A stretch of 64,000 bases of DNA from Bdellovibrio sp. (GTDB lineage: Bacteria > Bdellovibrionota > Bdellovibrionia > Bdellovibrionales > Bdellovibrionaceae). Where the stretch lies: contig JAKFBS010000011.1 of NCBI GenBank assembly GCA_036677065.1, positions 187,356-251,355 on the forward strand, written 5' to 3'. This document shows positions 48,233-57,619 of the stretch, piece by piece. Below the pieces are notes generated by a model. The model was not told the DNA's origin and did not search any database. It saw only the letters and a program-made list of their open reading frames with translations. Position 1 is the stretch's first letter. The number at the start of each line of letters is the position of its first letter. Made by a program: the position numbers and the translations under genes.

Positions 48233-49048
48233 TCAAAACGGAACTGCTAAGTCAATTGAGTGATGAACTTCTTTTTCAAATGCAGACTCTTTTACGTAAG
48301 CATAATGAAGCCCAAATTGCGGGCCCCCAAAGCCTAAACCTGCCGTAAAATAGTTCTGAGAGATAATATTGTTATTTTGGTAGCCCAAACGCAGCTGAGT
48401 CCACTCATTTAGTATAATTTCTAGGCCGCCCTTAACTATCATTTTTTGCTCAGAAACCGTATTTTTACCGGCCTCGATTTCTCCACGCAGATTCACTAAA
48501 TCCTCGTATTTGCTCTCAAAACCCAAAGCTTGAGTCGGACGATCATCCATTGTGTTCGGTAAATCAGTGTCATTTAGCGGTTGGTTTTTAATCACGGCCC
48601 CTACTGAAAACCAAGTGTTTGGGCGAAAGATCACCCCTATATCGGCTAAATTTTGTCTGTATTTATCGTCGGTTCCAGGCAATTGAGTTTCTTGAAAAGC
48701 CAGGTTTGCGCCAATAGATAATTTTGCGCTGAATGGATAGGCCAAACCAAAATAAAAAGCTTTTGTTCTTAAACCTTCAAGATCAGTTTGAGTGTAACCT
48801 AATAAGGCCGGAAACAAGGCCTCGGCGCCGTTATCTGCCAACGAAGCGCGAAATGCTTTTTTTGCAAAACTTAAATCCATTGCGCGATTTTCAAAGAGGG
48901 CAAACGTGGCCGGATTATTAAATGCCCCATCAACTAAATTAATTGCGCCAACACCAGCACCACCTAAAGAGGTTGAGACTGATCCCAAATTTTCAAATGT
49001 TTGTGACCAAGCCGAACATGACACTAATAAAATGAATAAGTATTTCAT
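48233..49048 (-). CDS. Outer-membrane beta-barrel protein (PorV/FadL-like N-terminal motif)
   Basis: Signal peptide; GSVSTSLGGAGVG...DGAFNNPA; amphipathic strands; LRLGY; terminal Phe. Confidence 0.65.
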   Translation of the reverse strand: MKYLFILLVSCSAWSQTFENLGSVSTSLGGAGVGAINLVDGAFNNPATFALFENRAMDLSFAKKAFRASLADNGAEALFPALLGYTQTDLEGLRTKAFYFGLAYPFSAKLSIGANLAFQETQLPGTDDKYRQNLADIGVIFRPNTWFSVGAVIKNQPLNDTDLPNTMDDRPTQALGFESKYEDLVNLRGEIEAGKNTVSEQKMIVKGGLEIILNEWTQLRLGYQNNNIISQNYFTAGLGFGGPQFGLHYAYVKESAFEKEVHHSIDLAVPF

Positions 49049-49081
49049 GAGAATTAGACTAAACGTGAAATTTTAAAAAAT

Positions 49082-50632
49082 CTAGAAATTCGTGCTTGAA
49101 CGCGTACACACACTTAAATAATTGGCGCAACGGCCTAGAAGGCGCTTAGCATCCGGTGTCGCCGCGTTGGTATAATTAGCACCCATAAGATTGAATGCTG
49201 TTAAATAACACTCTTTGCTTGTGTCATACTGAATTCCCGCATCGGCACCTGCGTTCGCTGAAGTAAAAATATCTGTCGTCGGCAAATAACAATTGCTTTT
49301 ACGAGGTGACACGCAAATCTGGTAATTTAGACGATTCGCAATACGATCTGCGACGGTAACACCAAGCGCCTGATCTTTAGGAATAAATAATCCAATATTC
49401 CAATCACGTGCAGAATGTTGACGGCGAATTTTTTTAACCGCCAACTGACGAGCTTCAGTCATATCTGTTGAAAGTAACGGACTACACGTGGGTTCAGTTA
49501 ATTTTTTATTGTCATAATGAGCAGGCAAAACAATCACAAAGTTTTCACAAGTCCACTGCGCACCCTGCACGGTTGTTCCGGTGGCCAGATCAAATTCTGT
49601 AACTGCAGTTCCGGATAAAACATTATTTACCCAACCGGCAACATTGCTGACTTTCGGAGTAAATTTTAAACCATATCCGCGGCCAAAAGCTTTCGATACA
49701 TCGGTCGTCTGGCGACGAATTTGACTAATCGATTCTTCTCCTGAACCTTCCGATCCAAAGCCTGCATCTAAGGCCTTACCACCGAAAACGGCAGTTAAAA
49801 TAACACGGTCATTTGCCGTCGAATTAAATTTTTTACGAACAATGTCTGAATAATATTCACCCACACCAAATTTAATTTCTGGATTGTTTGTGGTGGTATC
49901 TGTTGACGGCGGCAAAGTTTCATCGGCTGTTTGATTAATACCGAATGAACCCTGAATCAGGACTGGATCAGGAGTATCTGATAAATTATATGTACGTGGG
50001 CCTTCTGATAACACCGTACCCGAGCCCGTGTACTTAACATCTTTTGTTAACATGTGGCCAACAAATCCACCAGTTAGATCTTTCAGAAAAACAATCGCAT
50101 CACGATTGGGTTGCGGTACTAAAGTATTTAAATTATTATTCGCACCTGGAGAAATCAGATCAATATTCAAAGTTAAATCAGTTTTTTTTCTGATAGAAAA
50201 TTGCATAAAAGCAGCGGCATTAGCTGTAGAATTTTGCAACACTCTTTGCACTTGTTCTGGCGTTATTGTTGATGAGGGCGCTTGCGGTTTAATATAACGG
50301 CCAATGTGTTGTAAAAACTGAGTGCGTAATTTTAATCCGCCCTTAACAGCACCATTACCATTGTTCGTTACAAAACCTTCATTCACACCAATGATTAAAC
50401 CGGGAACCGGATTATTTGCTGATGAAGCATCGGCAACAAAATTTACACACGAATTATAAGAAATTGTATCGGCGGCAATATCATAAGCAAAAGGAGCTTG
50501 TTTTGTGGCATTGTCGATCGTTTCTGCAAACGAACTTTTATTGTTTAAAATACCTTCACCTTTTGGTGTGCATGAAAACACCAATACCGAGAATGCTAAC
50601 AATAAAATTTGAATTATAGACGCCAAGCTCAT
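49082..50632 (-). CDS. Cys-rich hypothetical lipoprotein
   Basis: Lipobox VFSC; several C-terminal Cys; TATAAT and GGAG upstream. Confidence 0.7.
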   Translation of the reverse strand: MSLASIIQILLLAFSVLVFSCTPKGEGILNNKSSFAETIDNATKQAPFAYDIAADTISYNSCVNFVADASSANNPVPGLIIGVNEGFVTNNGNGAVKGGLKLRTQFLQHIGRYIKPQAPSSTITPEQVQRVLQNSTANAAAFMQFSIRKKTDLTLNIDLISPGANNNLNTLVPQPNRDAIVFLKDLTGGFVGHMLTKDVKYTGSGTVLSEGPRTYNLSDTPDPVLIQGSFGINQTADETLPPSTDTTTNNPEIKFGVGEYYSDIVRKKFNSTANDRVILTAVFGGKALDAGFGSEGSGEESISQIRRQTTDVSKAFGRGYGLKFTPKVSNVAGWVNNVLSGTAVTEFDLATGTTVQGAQWTCENFVIVLPAHYDNKKLTEPTCSPLLSTDMTEARQLAVKKIRRQHSARDWNIGLFIPKDQALGVTVADRIANRLNYQICVSPRKSNCYLPTTDIFTSANAGADAGIQYDTSKECYLTAFNLMGANYTNAATPDAKRLLGRCANYLSVCTRSSTNF

Positions 50633-50721
50633 CTCTCTCCATTATAGCAGATAACGTAACACGGATCGTTACTTATCTTATTCTGACTAAACTTCTCGTC
50701 TCATTATGATATATTTTTCGT

Positions 50722-51522
50722 ATGAAATCAGCTGTACGCCTGACTTTGGTCACAACATTATTTGTTTTTTCTTTATTATCTGCTTCAACAGGCTGGACTT
50801 TCGTTCTGCCTTTGGATTTTGTCGTCAAAAAAAGTGTGGGCAAAACAGGCCGCACCTCTATTTCTATTGATCAAGAAGTCACTTTTAAGGTCGGCAAAGA
50901 CACTTTAAAAACTCAGGAAAACTGGCAAATCGAAGGCGATCGCAATTTAAAAGTTTCAGCAAATGGTTTAGAACCTTACAAAGAAAATATAAAAGTAAAT
51001 TCACTGTTTAATTCAAAACATAAAACCCAAGTGCTTGGAAAAACAAAATCCCAAACAGCCGTTGGAAATGACTTTTATCAACGTCTAATGTTTATCAGAT
51101 CTACTGATTCTTTCATGCAATACATTCGTGATTTAGGTATCAGCGAAAAAACCAGATTATCAAAAGCCGAAGGCCGTATCTGTATCGCGATCGGTGAACC
51201 TTCACAAGGTGACAACAAAAGCCCGCAAATCTGGATCGATCAGGATGATTTTTTAATTCGTAAAATTAGAATGCCCTCTGGAACAGAAATTAATCTTTCT
51301 GATTATGTAAAAGTGACTGATGATTTTTGGATTGCGAAAACTCAAACCATCAAATGGGCTGGGGCCACAGCAACCATTAAAGTTAAAAACTTTTCAATAA
51401 AAAATGCAGCCACTCTTGCACAGTTTTATCCACAAAATTATGAACTACCGACAGAACTAGCTTTCAACGAATCTAGTGGTATCGCCCAAGTCGTCGAAGA
51501 CTTTTACAAGAGGTTTCGATGA
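50722..51522 (+). CDS. Secreted hypothetical protein, possibly LolA-like fold
   Basis: Signal peptide; QIWIDQDDFLIRKIR resembles the LolA-superfamily 'WID..T.L' strand; stop overlaps priA start. Confidence 0.55.
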   Translation: MKSAVRLTLVTTLFVFSLLSASTGWTFVLPLDFVVKKSVGKTGRTSISIDQEVTFKVGKDTLKTQENWQIEGDRNLKVSANGLEPYKENIKVNSLFNSKHKTQVLGKTKSQTAVGNDFYQRLMFIRSTDSFMQYIRDLGISEKTRLSKAEGRICIAIGEPSQGDNKSPQIWIDQDDFLIRKIRMPSGTEINLSDYVKVTDDFWIAKTQTIKWAGATATIKVKNFSIKNAATLAQFYPQNYELPTELAFNESSGIAQVVEDFYKRFR

Positions 51523-53564
51523 ATGTAGTTAAAGTCGCAGTCGATGCGCCTTTACTAGATCCTTTAACCTATTTGCAAAATCCTGAGTTTACTGTTTCGC
51601 GCGGTGATATTGTTAATGTCACTCTCGGAAACCGCAAAATTAAAGGTTTTGTTTTATCTGCATTTACGAAGACCCAAGAAGACATCAATAAAGAATTCGG
51701 CAAAGAAATTAAACTTAAAGCCGTAGTTTCTATTGATGAAGACTCGATTAAACTTAAAGATCCTTATTTAACTTGGCTTGAATGGGTTGCAGATTATTAT
51801 ATTCATCCTATTGGACAAGTAATTCAGTTAGCTTTTCCTCCCCTGGGAAAACAAACTAAGGCACGCGCCTCGAAACGCCCGCCGGTGATCCCAAATCTAG
51901 CGCCGAAACCTAAACCAGAATTAACACCTGAACAAAAAAAGTGTGTCGATGGTATTAGTCTGAATAACGGCTTTCGCACGCATCTGGTTCATGGAGTTAC
52001 GGGGTCTGGAAAAACTGAAATTTACTTGCGGCTGTTTGAACAGTGTTTAGAAAAAAAACAAAAAGGTTTATTTCTATTGCCCGAAATTTCTTTAACCCCG
52101 CAATTAGTGAATCGTTTTGTTGAACGTTTTGGTGATCAAGTTGCCGTGCTGCATTCACAGTTAACTGATCGCGAACGCACCAATCAGTGGTGGGAAATCA
52201 TTCACGGTGAAAAAAGCATTCTTATCGGTGCGCGCTCTGCGCTTTTTTGTCCGGTCGAAAATATTGGCTTAATTGTTGTCGATGAAGAACATGAAACCAG
52301 CTTTAAACAAGATGAAAAATTAAAATATAATGGCCGTGATTGCGCGATTATGCTGGCTAAACACAATGCCTGTGCCGTGATTCTGGGTTCTGCAACACCT
52401 AGTTTAGAATCCTGGAAAAACGCCATCGAAAATAAATATCAATTACATTCATTAGTTTCACGTGTTGAAGATCGCCCGCTGCCTGACATTACCATTGCAG
52501 ATATGCGTTTAGAAAAAGAAAACATGGATCGTTCGATCATGACACCGTTTTGGTTATCTAAAGAACTTTTTGAAAAAATGAAAATTTCTTTAGCTAACAA
52601 AGAGCAAGTGGCTTTGTTGTTGAATCGTCGTGGCATGGCGCAAGTGGTGTTCTGTCAAAAATGTGGTTATACCGCCGATTGTCCGAATTGCGATATCAGT
52701 TTAACCCTGCATGCGCGACATCACTTAGTTTGTCACTACTGTGACTATCATCAAAATTACGAAGTAAAATGTCCTGACTGTGCTGAAGGCGAACTATCTC
52801 CGCTTGGGCTTGGCACTGAGCGCGTTGAAGAAGATTTAAAAACACTATTTCCAGATAAAGTGATTGCCCGTGCAGATCGTGATGAAATTACTAATCGTGT
52901 TGAAATGGAAGAACTTATCAACAACATGGAAAACGGTGAAATCGATATTTTGATCGGCACGCAGATGATCGCCAAGGGCCTAGATTTTCCACGTTTAAAA
53001 CTAGTGGGTTTACTGTTAGCCGATGTGGGATTCAATCTTCCTGATTTTAGATCGAGCGAAAAAAGTTTTCAGCTCATCACGCAAATGTCAGGGCGTGCTG
53101 GTCGTCACGTTACCGGAGACGAGTCACCGGGATCTGTAGTTATTCAGGCGTACAATACCGAGCATGAATCATTAATGTTCGCGCAAAAACATGATTACGT
53201 TGGGTTTGCTGCGCACGAACTTTTAAACCGTTCACCGTTAAATTATCCTCCTTATCAAAAAATGTTGTCTTTTCGAATTCAGTCGATGGATCAAGAAAAA
53301 TCACAAACAACGGCAAAATATATTTTAGCGCGGGCCCAAGCGCTGAAAGAAAAATATCCCCAGTTTTATTCACAAATTGAAGTCCTTGGTCCAGCTGCTT
53401 CACCGCTAGCGCGATTAAAGAACCAATACAGATATCATTTGATTTTAAAAGGCTCTAAAGCCGTTGAATTAAACCAACTTGCACGCCAAATTATTTCAGA
53501 CGAAAAATGGATTCCTAGCCAAGTGAAGGTCCTGATCGATGTTGACCCCATGAGTCTATTGTAA
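51519..53564 (+). CDS. priA: Primosomal protein N' (replication restart helicase)
   Basis: HGVTGSGKTE, LPEISLTPQ, IGARSALF, VDEEHE, SATPSLES, four CxxC pairs, GTQMIAKGLDFP, GRAGR. Confidence 0.96.
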   Translation: MNVVKVAVDAPLLDPLTYLQNPEFTVSRGDIVNVTLGNRKIKGFVLSAFTKTQEDINKEFGKEIKLKAVVSIDEDSIKLKDPYLTWLEWVADYYIHPIGQVIQLAFPPLGKQTKARASKRPPVIPNLAPKPKPELTPEQKKCVDGISLNNGFRTHLVHGVTGSGKTEIYLRLFEQCLEKKQKGLFLLPEISLTPQLVNRFVERFGDQVAVLHSQLTDRERTNQWWEIIHGEKSILIGARSALFCPVENIGLIVVDEEHETSFKQDEKLKYNGRDCAIMLAKHNACAVILGSATPSLESWKNAIENKYQLHSLVSRVEDRPLPDITIADMRLEKENMDRSIMTPFWLSKELFEKMKISLANKEQVALLLNRRGMAQVVFCQKCGYTADCPNCDISLTLHARHHLVCHYCDYHQNYEVKCPDCAEGELSPLGLGTERVEEDLKTLFPDKVIARADRDEITNRVEMEELINNMENGEIDILIGTQMIAKGLDFPRLKLVGLLLADVGFNLPDFRSSEKSFQLITQMSGRAGRHVTGDESPGSVVIQAYNTEHESLMFAQKHDYVGFAAHELLNRSPLNYPPYQKMLSFRIQSMDQEKSQTTAKYILARAQALKEKYPQFYSQIEVLGPAASPLARLKNQYRYHLILKGSKAVELNQLARQIISDEKWIPSQVKVLIDVDPMSLL

Positions 53565-53576
53565 AATAATTAAGAT

Positions 53577-54272
53577 GTGAGTGATAACAAGCGCAATCCA
53601 AATTCAAAACTTTCGATGATCGAAAAAGCCGAACAGGATCGCAAATCCAAAATGTGGGATATGCGTATGGCGTTTATTCAACGTGGTCACCGCGCTATGC
53701 AAGTTAAACAATACGGCGAAGCTGCCATTAGTTATGAAAAATACATTCGCATCTTAGAATTAGTTTTTAACGTAACCCCCGGAAATTTAACTCCCGAAGT
53801 TTTCAAAGAATCTTCACGCACATCTGAAATGTCGATCGTAGCCGGAGCTTACTGGGATTTAGTGCGTATTTACGATACCAGCCAACAATACGGCGACCGC
53901 CAGGCCAAATGCGCAGCCCAATTAGCGAAATTTGCACCGGTAACTCCGATTTACAATGACATCGTAAAACAAGCCCAAGAATTTAGTAAAAACGCTCGTC
54001 ACCCAGAACGCGTAAAAATCTTTTTAGCAGCGGTTGGAAAATCTTCGCGCTGCTTTATTGCAAGCTCTGCGTACCAGTCGCCAACCCACACTGATGTTAT
54101 GATCCTACGCAATTATCGTGATTCTGTTCTAAAACAGACTTTTTTAGGCAGAAAATTTATTTATTTCTACTACCGCTACTCCCCAAAAGTAGCCTGCATT
54201 CTTGATCAGCATGAGTACCTGAAAGCCCCAACCCGCTGGGCTTTAAAGCTTGTGATCAATTGCGTTAGATAA
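53577..54272 (+). CDS. TPR-like protein with C-terminal CFI-box-CTERM domain
   Basis: RCFIASSAY.S....V..LR.YRD..L....LGR.FI..YYRYSP.VA. Confidence 0.75.
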   Translation: MSDNKRNPNSKLSMIEKAEQDRKSKMWDMRMAFIQRGHRAMQVKQYGEAAISYEKYIRILELVFNVTPGNLTPEVFKESSRTSEMSIVAGAYWDLVRIYDTSQQYGDRQAKCAAQLAKFAPVTPIYNDIVKQAQEFSKNARHPERVKIFLAAVGKSSRCFIASSAYQSPTHTDVMILRNYRDSVLKQTFLGRKFIYFYYRYSPKVACILDQHEYLKAPTRWALKLVINCVR

Positions 54273-54337
54273 AAAAAGAAATCACCGTATACCGCTTTTT
54301 AGTTGCATCAAATCGAAACTTTTTTGATCGTAGTAGT

Positions 54338-55525
54338 ATGCACATCTACGATTATATCATCATTGGAAGCGGCTTAACCGGCCAAACAATCGCAACTCAG
54401 TTATCTCAAGAAACACAAAACGTGTTATTGATCGAAGCCGAAGCTTTCACCGGCGGGTCAAATCGCCAGGCACACCTTAGCGGAAACGTCTTAGATTCAG
54501 GTTTACGTTTTTTACCCGCGACAGAACTTTCGATTAAAGCGGTACAAAATTTAGAAAATCTTTTAGGCTTAAAACTAATTAAATCTGAAATCGAAAATCA
54601 TCCAGAAACTTATGATGCTTCAGGCTTTAAAGCGTTTGTTGGCTTTGGTGATAAATCTCCGGCGTTTTATGATCAATTCTCATATTTTTTAAATCCTAAA
54701 GAATTAGAATTAACATTACCAATTCATCAAATCATGGATTTATTAAAAGCCAAATACCAAGGCGAAACTTTACTTCGCTCACATGTCACTAAATTTGGTT
54801 TTAACGAAATCGAAGAGGGTTCAAAAGCAGAACCTGAATTAACTCATGTGATCGTGAACGGTTCTAAAACTTATCACGCCAATAATTTTATTTTTGCCGG
54901 CCCGGTTCGCGATCTGGCTTTGATTGTGCCTGACGAAGTTTTAAATATTCGTGCAAAAGCTAAACTTAAAAAAGACACCTATTGGATGGCTGTATGTTTA
55001 GATTTATTTCACCAGGATTTAACTGTCGATAAAACTAATTTATTCGTTCTTGATGGAACAACTGATGACGGCATCGGCCCATGCATCGGCCGCTTTTTAC
55101 CTGCCGTTACAGCTGATGTGTCACCAACACAAAAAGCCCAGCAAGTTTCACAATGGTTAAGCTTTATTGATTATTCAACAGCTGAAGAAACAGAAAACAT
55201 CGGCGAAGTATTAAAGAAAATGAAACGCCAAATTAAGCGTGCATTTCCTGAAATGAGCGAAGCAGTTAAAGCTGAAAGAATTTTCATGAGCCCACCATTA
55301 TCAGGTGGTGAATTAAAATTGAACGCCAACGGCACTTTACATAAAGTGAAAAACCTTTGGATTGCTTCAGCACAAATGAGCAAGTATCCAAATCTTTTAG
55401 GTTCGTTAACTCAATCCCAAATGACTTTAGCAGCTTTAGGTTTTGGCGAATTTACGATGGCGCATGCCGAATTTGCAGAAGACGAACAACCACAAACAGA
55501 AATGCATACAGAGGCAGAGTTATAA
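54338..55525 (+). CDS. FAD-dependent oxidoreductase (amine oxidase/phytoene desaturase-like fold)
   Basis: YDYIIIGSGLTG...LLIEA...GG dinucleotide-binding motif. Confidence 0.7.
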   Translation: MHIYDYIIIGSGLTGQTIATQLSQETQNVLLIEAEAFTGGSNRQAHLSGNVLDSGLRFLPATELSIKAVQNLENLLGLKLIKSEIENHPETYDASGFKAFVGFGDKSPAFYDQFSYFLNPKELELTLPIHQIMDLLKAKYQGETLLRSHVTKFGFNEIEEGSKAEPELTHVIVNGSKTYHANNFIFAGPVRDLALIVPDEVLNIRAKAKLKKDTYWMAVCLDLFHQDLTVDKTNLFVLDGTTDDGIGPCIGRFLPAVTADVSPTQKAQQVSQWLSFIDYSTAEETENIGEVLKKMKRQIKRAFPEMSEAVKAERIFMSPPLSGGELKLNANGTLHKVKNLWIASAQMSKYPNLLGSLTQSQMTLAALGFGEFTMAHAEFAEDEQPQTEMHTEAEL

Positions 55526-55881
55526 ACACAATCATTCAAGCCCTAGTATTATTGATCGCAGGATTGCATATTTATTTTCTAGTGCTTGAAATGTTTATGT
55601 GGACTAAGCCCTTAGGCCTTAAAACCTTCCGCTTAACGCCAGAATTCGCTCAGGCATCAAAAGGCCTGGCTGCCAATCAAGGTCTTTATAATGGCTTTTT
55701 AGCGGCTGGTTTACTGTGGGCATTTTTACACCCACAACCAGAAATCGCGCAGCAATTAAAATTATTTTTCTTAGGCTGTGTGATCGTAGCTGGCGCTTAC
55801 GGCGCAGCTACTGTTTCAAAAAAGATTTTCTTTGTTCAAGCCATGCCAGCGATCATCGCTATTATTTTTTGTCTGATCTAA
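55522..55881 (+). CDS. DUF1304 family membrane protein (apparent ATA start)
   Basis: LHIYFLVLEMFMW, LAANQGLYNGFLAAGL, GAYGAAT...IFFVQA.PA; in-frame ATA at 55522 behind GAGG. Confidence 0.75.
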   Translation: MNTIIQALVLLIAGLHIYFLVLEMFMWTKPLGLKTFRLTPEFAQASKGLAANQGLYNGFLAAGLLWAFLHPQPEIAQQLKLFFLGCVIVAGAYGAATVSKKIFFVQAMPAIIAIIFCLI

Positions 55882-57376
55882 ACGCTTCATCAAGCACACG
55901 ACCGCTAGCTTTTGCTGGCGGAAGCACTCCAGATATAAACGATAATGTCGGCGCAATATCTACGATTTTAGAACCTGCGTAAACGCCCGCAGAAAACCAT
56001 TTTGGCCCCCACATGATCACCGGCACTGAATTATCATAATTCCAGTTCGTCATATGATTTACTAGGGCCCCTGTTTTTTGCGCGAAGTATGGTTCAGGAA
56101 TTAACATTAAATCTCCTGTAACATCCGACACAAAGCTATTTTCGACTGGAAAACGTAAATCAAAATACGGAATTTGCGATTTTAAAACTTGCTCGCGAGT
56201 AATAACTTTATAAATTCCAGGAAGCTGTTCGAAAACTTCTTTTGCTAAATTTTGCGCTTTTGCTGGATCAATATTTTTTTCTGCTAAGCGATTGCGATTT
56301 AAATAAACGTGTGATGCAAACACTCCTTCGATCCAGGCATTTTTACCACTTGAGCCTAATTCTTTAGTTAATTTTTCATTCGCTATTTTAATCGCGCCTA
56401 AAAAATCTAATTCACCACTGGCAATTTTATTTGCGCGCAATAAATCTGGAGCTGGTGGAATCCCATGATCTGCTGTCAACACGACAACAGTTTTATCTAA
56501 AAGATTTTTTTGTTTTAAAGCCGTAAATAATTTCGCAAGCATTTTATCTTCTAATAATGTTAGCGTTTTTAGATTCGGAGAATCCGGGCCTTCTTTATGA
56601 CCTAAAATATCGTGATTCGACATACTGACGCCTAAAACATCAGGCCCACTGTTGTTTCGCTGTCCAAGTTTTTCCTCGGTAAGTGCGGTAATTGCAATCT
56701 CCATTGTAGCTTCTGTTCCGCGAATGGCCGCTTCAATATTTTTCGCTTCTAAATCACCTTGGGTCTTTTGTTTAGCATTAATTTTATCTAACCACGCAGG
56801 AGTTTTACCACCGTTGTAATATTTAGTTGTGCTCCAGGCATTCGGTTTATCTTCATACCATAAAGCCATGTCGGCTCTGTGCCCACCCAGAAAAATCGCC
56901 GAGCGATCTTTTAATGAAACAGAAAAAACTTTGCTGTCAGGATAAATATTTTTTACTTCATCACCATAAGTCGTGGTTTTAAGTCGGCGCGGAGAAAGTC
57001 CAAACTCGTCATCATCAGCACAGTACGCACGTTTTTTATTTTTGATGTCATACCATTCATTAATTGAAATGCTTGTTTGCGCCGGATATGAACCCGACAG
57101 AATCATTGCGTGCCCCGGACAAGTCATTGCTTGTAGAATCCCGTAAGTGCTTTGCGCGAAGTAAGCTCCGGTGCTCATCATATGATTAAAACCAAGCGAT
57201 GATGCCGGCATAAAGTCTTTTTGGTAACGGGCCAAAAAATCAGAACGGAACTGGTCGATCACCACGACCACCACTAATTTGGGCTTTTGTTTGTAGGTTT
57301 CAAAAGAAAGGTTTTTCGCGCCCGCAGGTAGCAAACCAAAGATCAAAATTGCAGCTAAAAGTAGATTGTTTTTCAT
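55862..57376 (-). CDS. Alkaline phosphatase superfamily protein (PafA-like, Thr nucleophile)
   Basis: PKLVVVVVIDQFRSD, TCPGH, SLKDRSAI..GGH, D.LGH..GPDS, LTADHG, VDIAPTL. Confidence 0.88.
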   Translation of the reverse strand: MKNNLLLAAILIFGLLPAGAKNLSFETYKQKPKLVVVVVIDQFRSDFLARYQKDFMPASSLGFNHMMSTGAYFAQSTYGILQAMTCPGHAMILSGSYPAQTSISINEWYDIKNKKRAYCADDDEFGLSPRRLKTTTYGDEVKNIYPDSKVFSVSLKDRSAIFLGGHRADMALWYEDKPNAWSTTKYYNGGKTPAWLDKINAKQKTQGDLEAKNIEAAIRGTEATMEIAITALTEEKLGQRNNSGPDVLGVSMSNHDILGHKEGPDSPNLKTLTLLEDKMLAKLFTALKQKNLLDKTVVVLTADHGIPPAPDLLRANKIASGELDFLGAIKIANEKLTKELGSSGKNAWIEGVFASHVYLNRNRLAEKNIDPAKAQNLAKEVFEQLPGIYKVITREQVLKSQIPYFDLRFPVENSFVSDVTGDLMLIPEPYFAQKTGALVNHMTNWNYDNSVPVIMWGPKWFSAGVYAGSKIVDIAPTLSFISGVLPPAKASGRVLDEAFRSDKK

Positions 57377-57498
57377 GGGTTAGATCTTAATACCGCTTTT
57401 TCGTATTGTCCCTCATTTTAAACTGTCTAGAAGTCCCAAACCATGGATTTCTCGCTTGCCTAACCCAACTCGGTTTGCTATCTCTGATCCTCACTAAA

Positions 57499-57601
57499 AC
57501 ACACGGGACGGTAATACCTGGTCTGATGCTTAAATTGGTTGCATCGGAAACTCGAGTTGGGGATCAAACCCTGGCACGCTCTGCCCCCCGGAGGCTTAAC
57601 C
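57499..57601 (+). ncRNA. rpsB 5' leader (t44/S2-binding autoregulatory element)
   Basis: Structured 5' UTR starting ACACAC and ending GGAGGCTTAACC just upstream of rpsB, as in proteobacterial rpsB leaders; boundaries approximate. Confidence 0.6.
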
Positions 57602-57619
57602 AGAAAAAAAGGAAATCAC

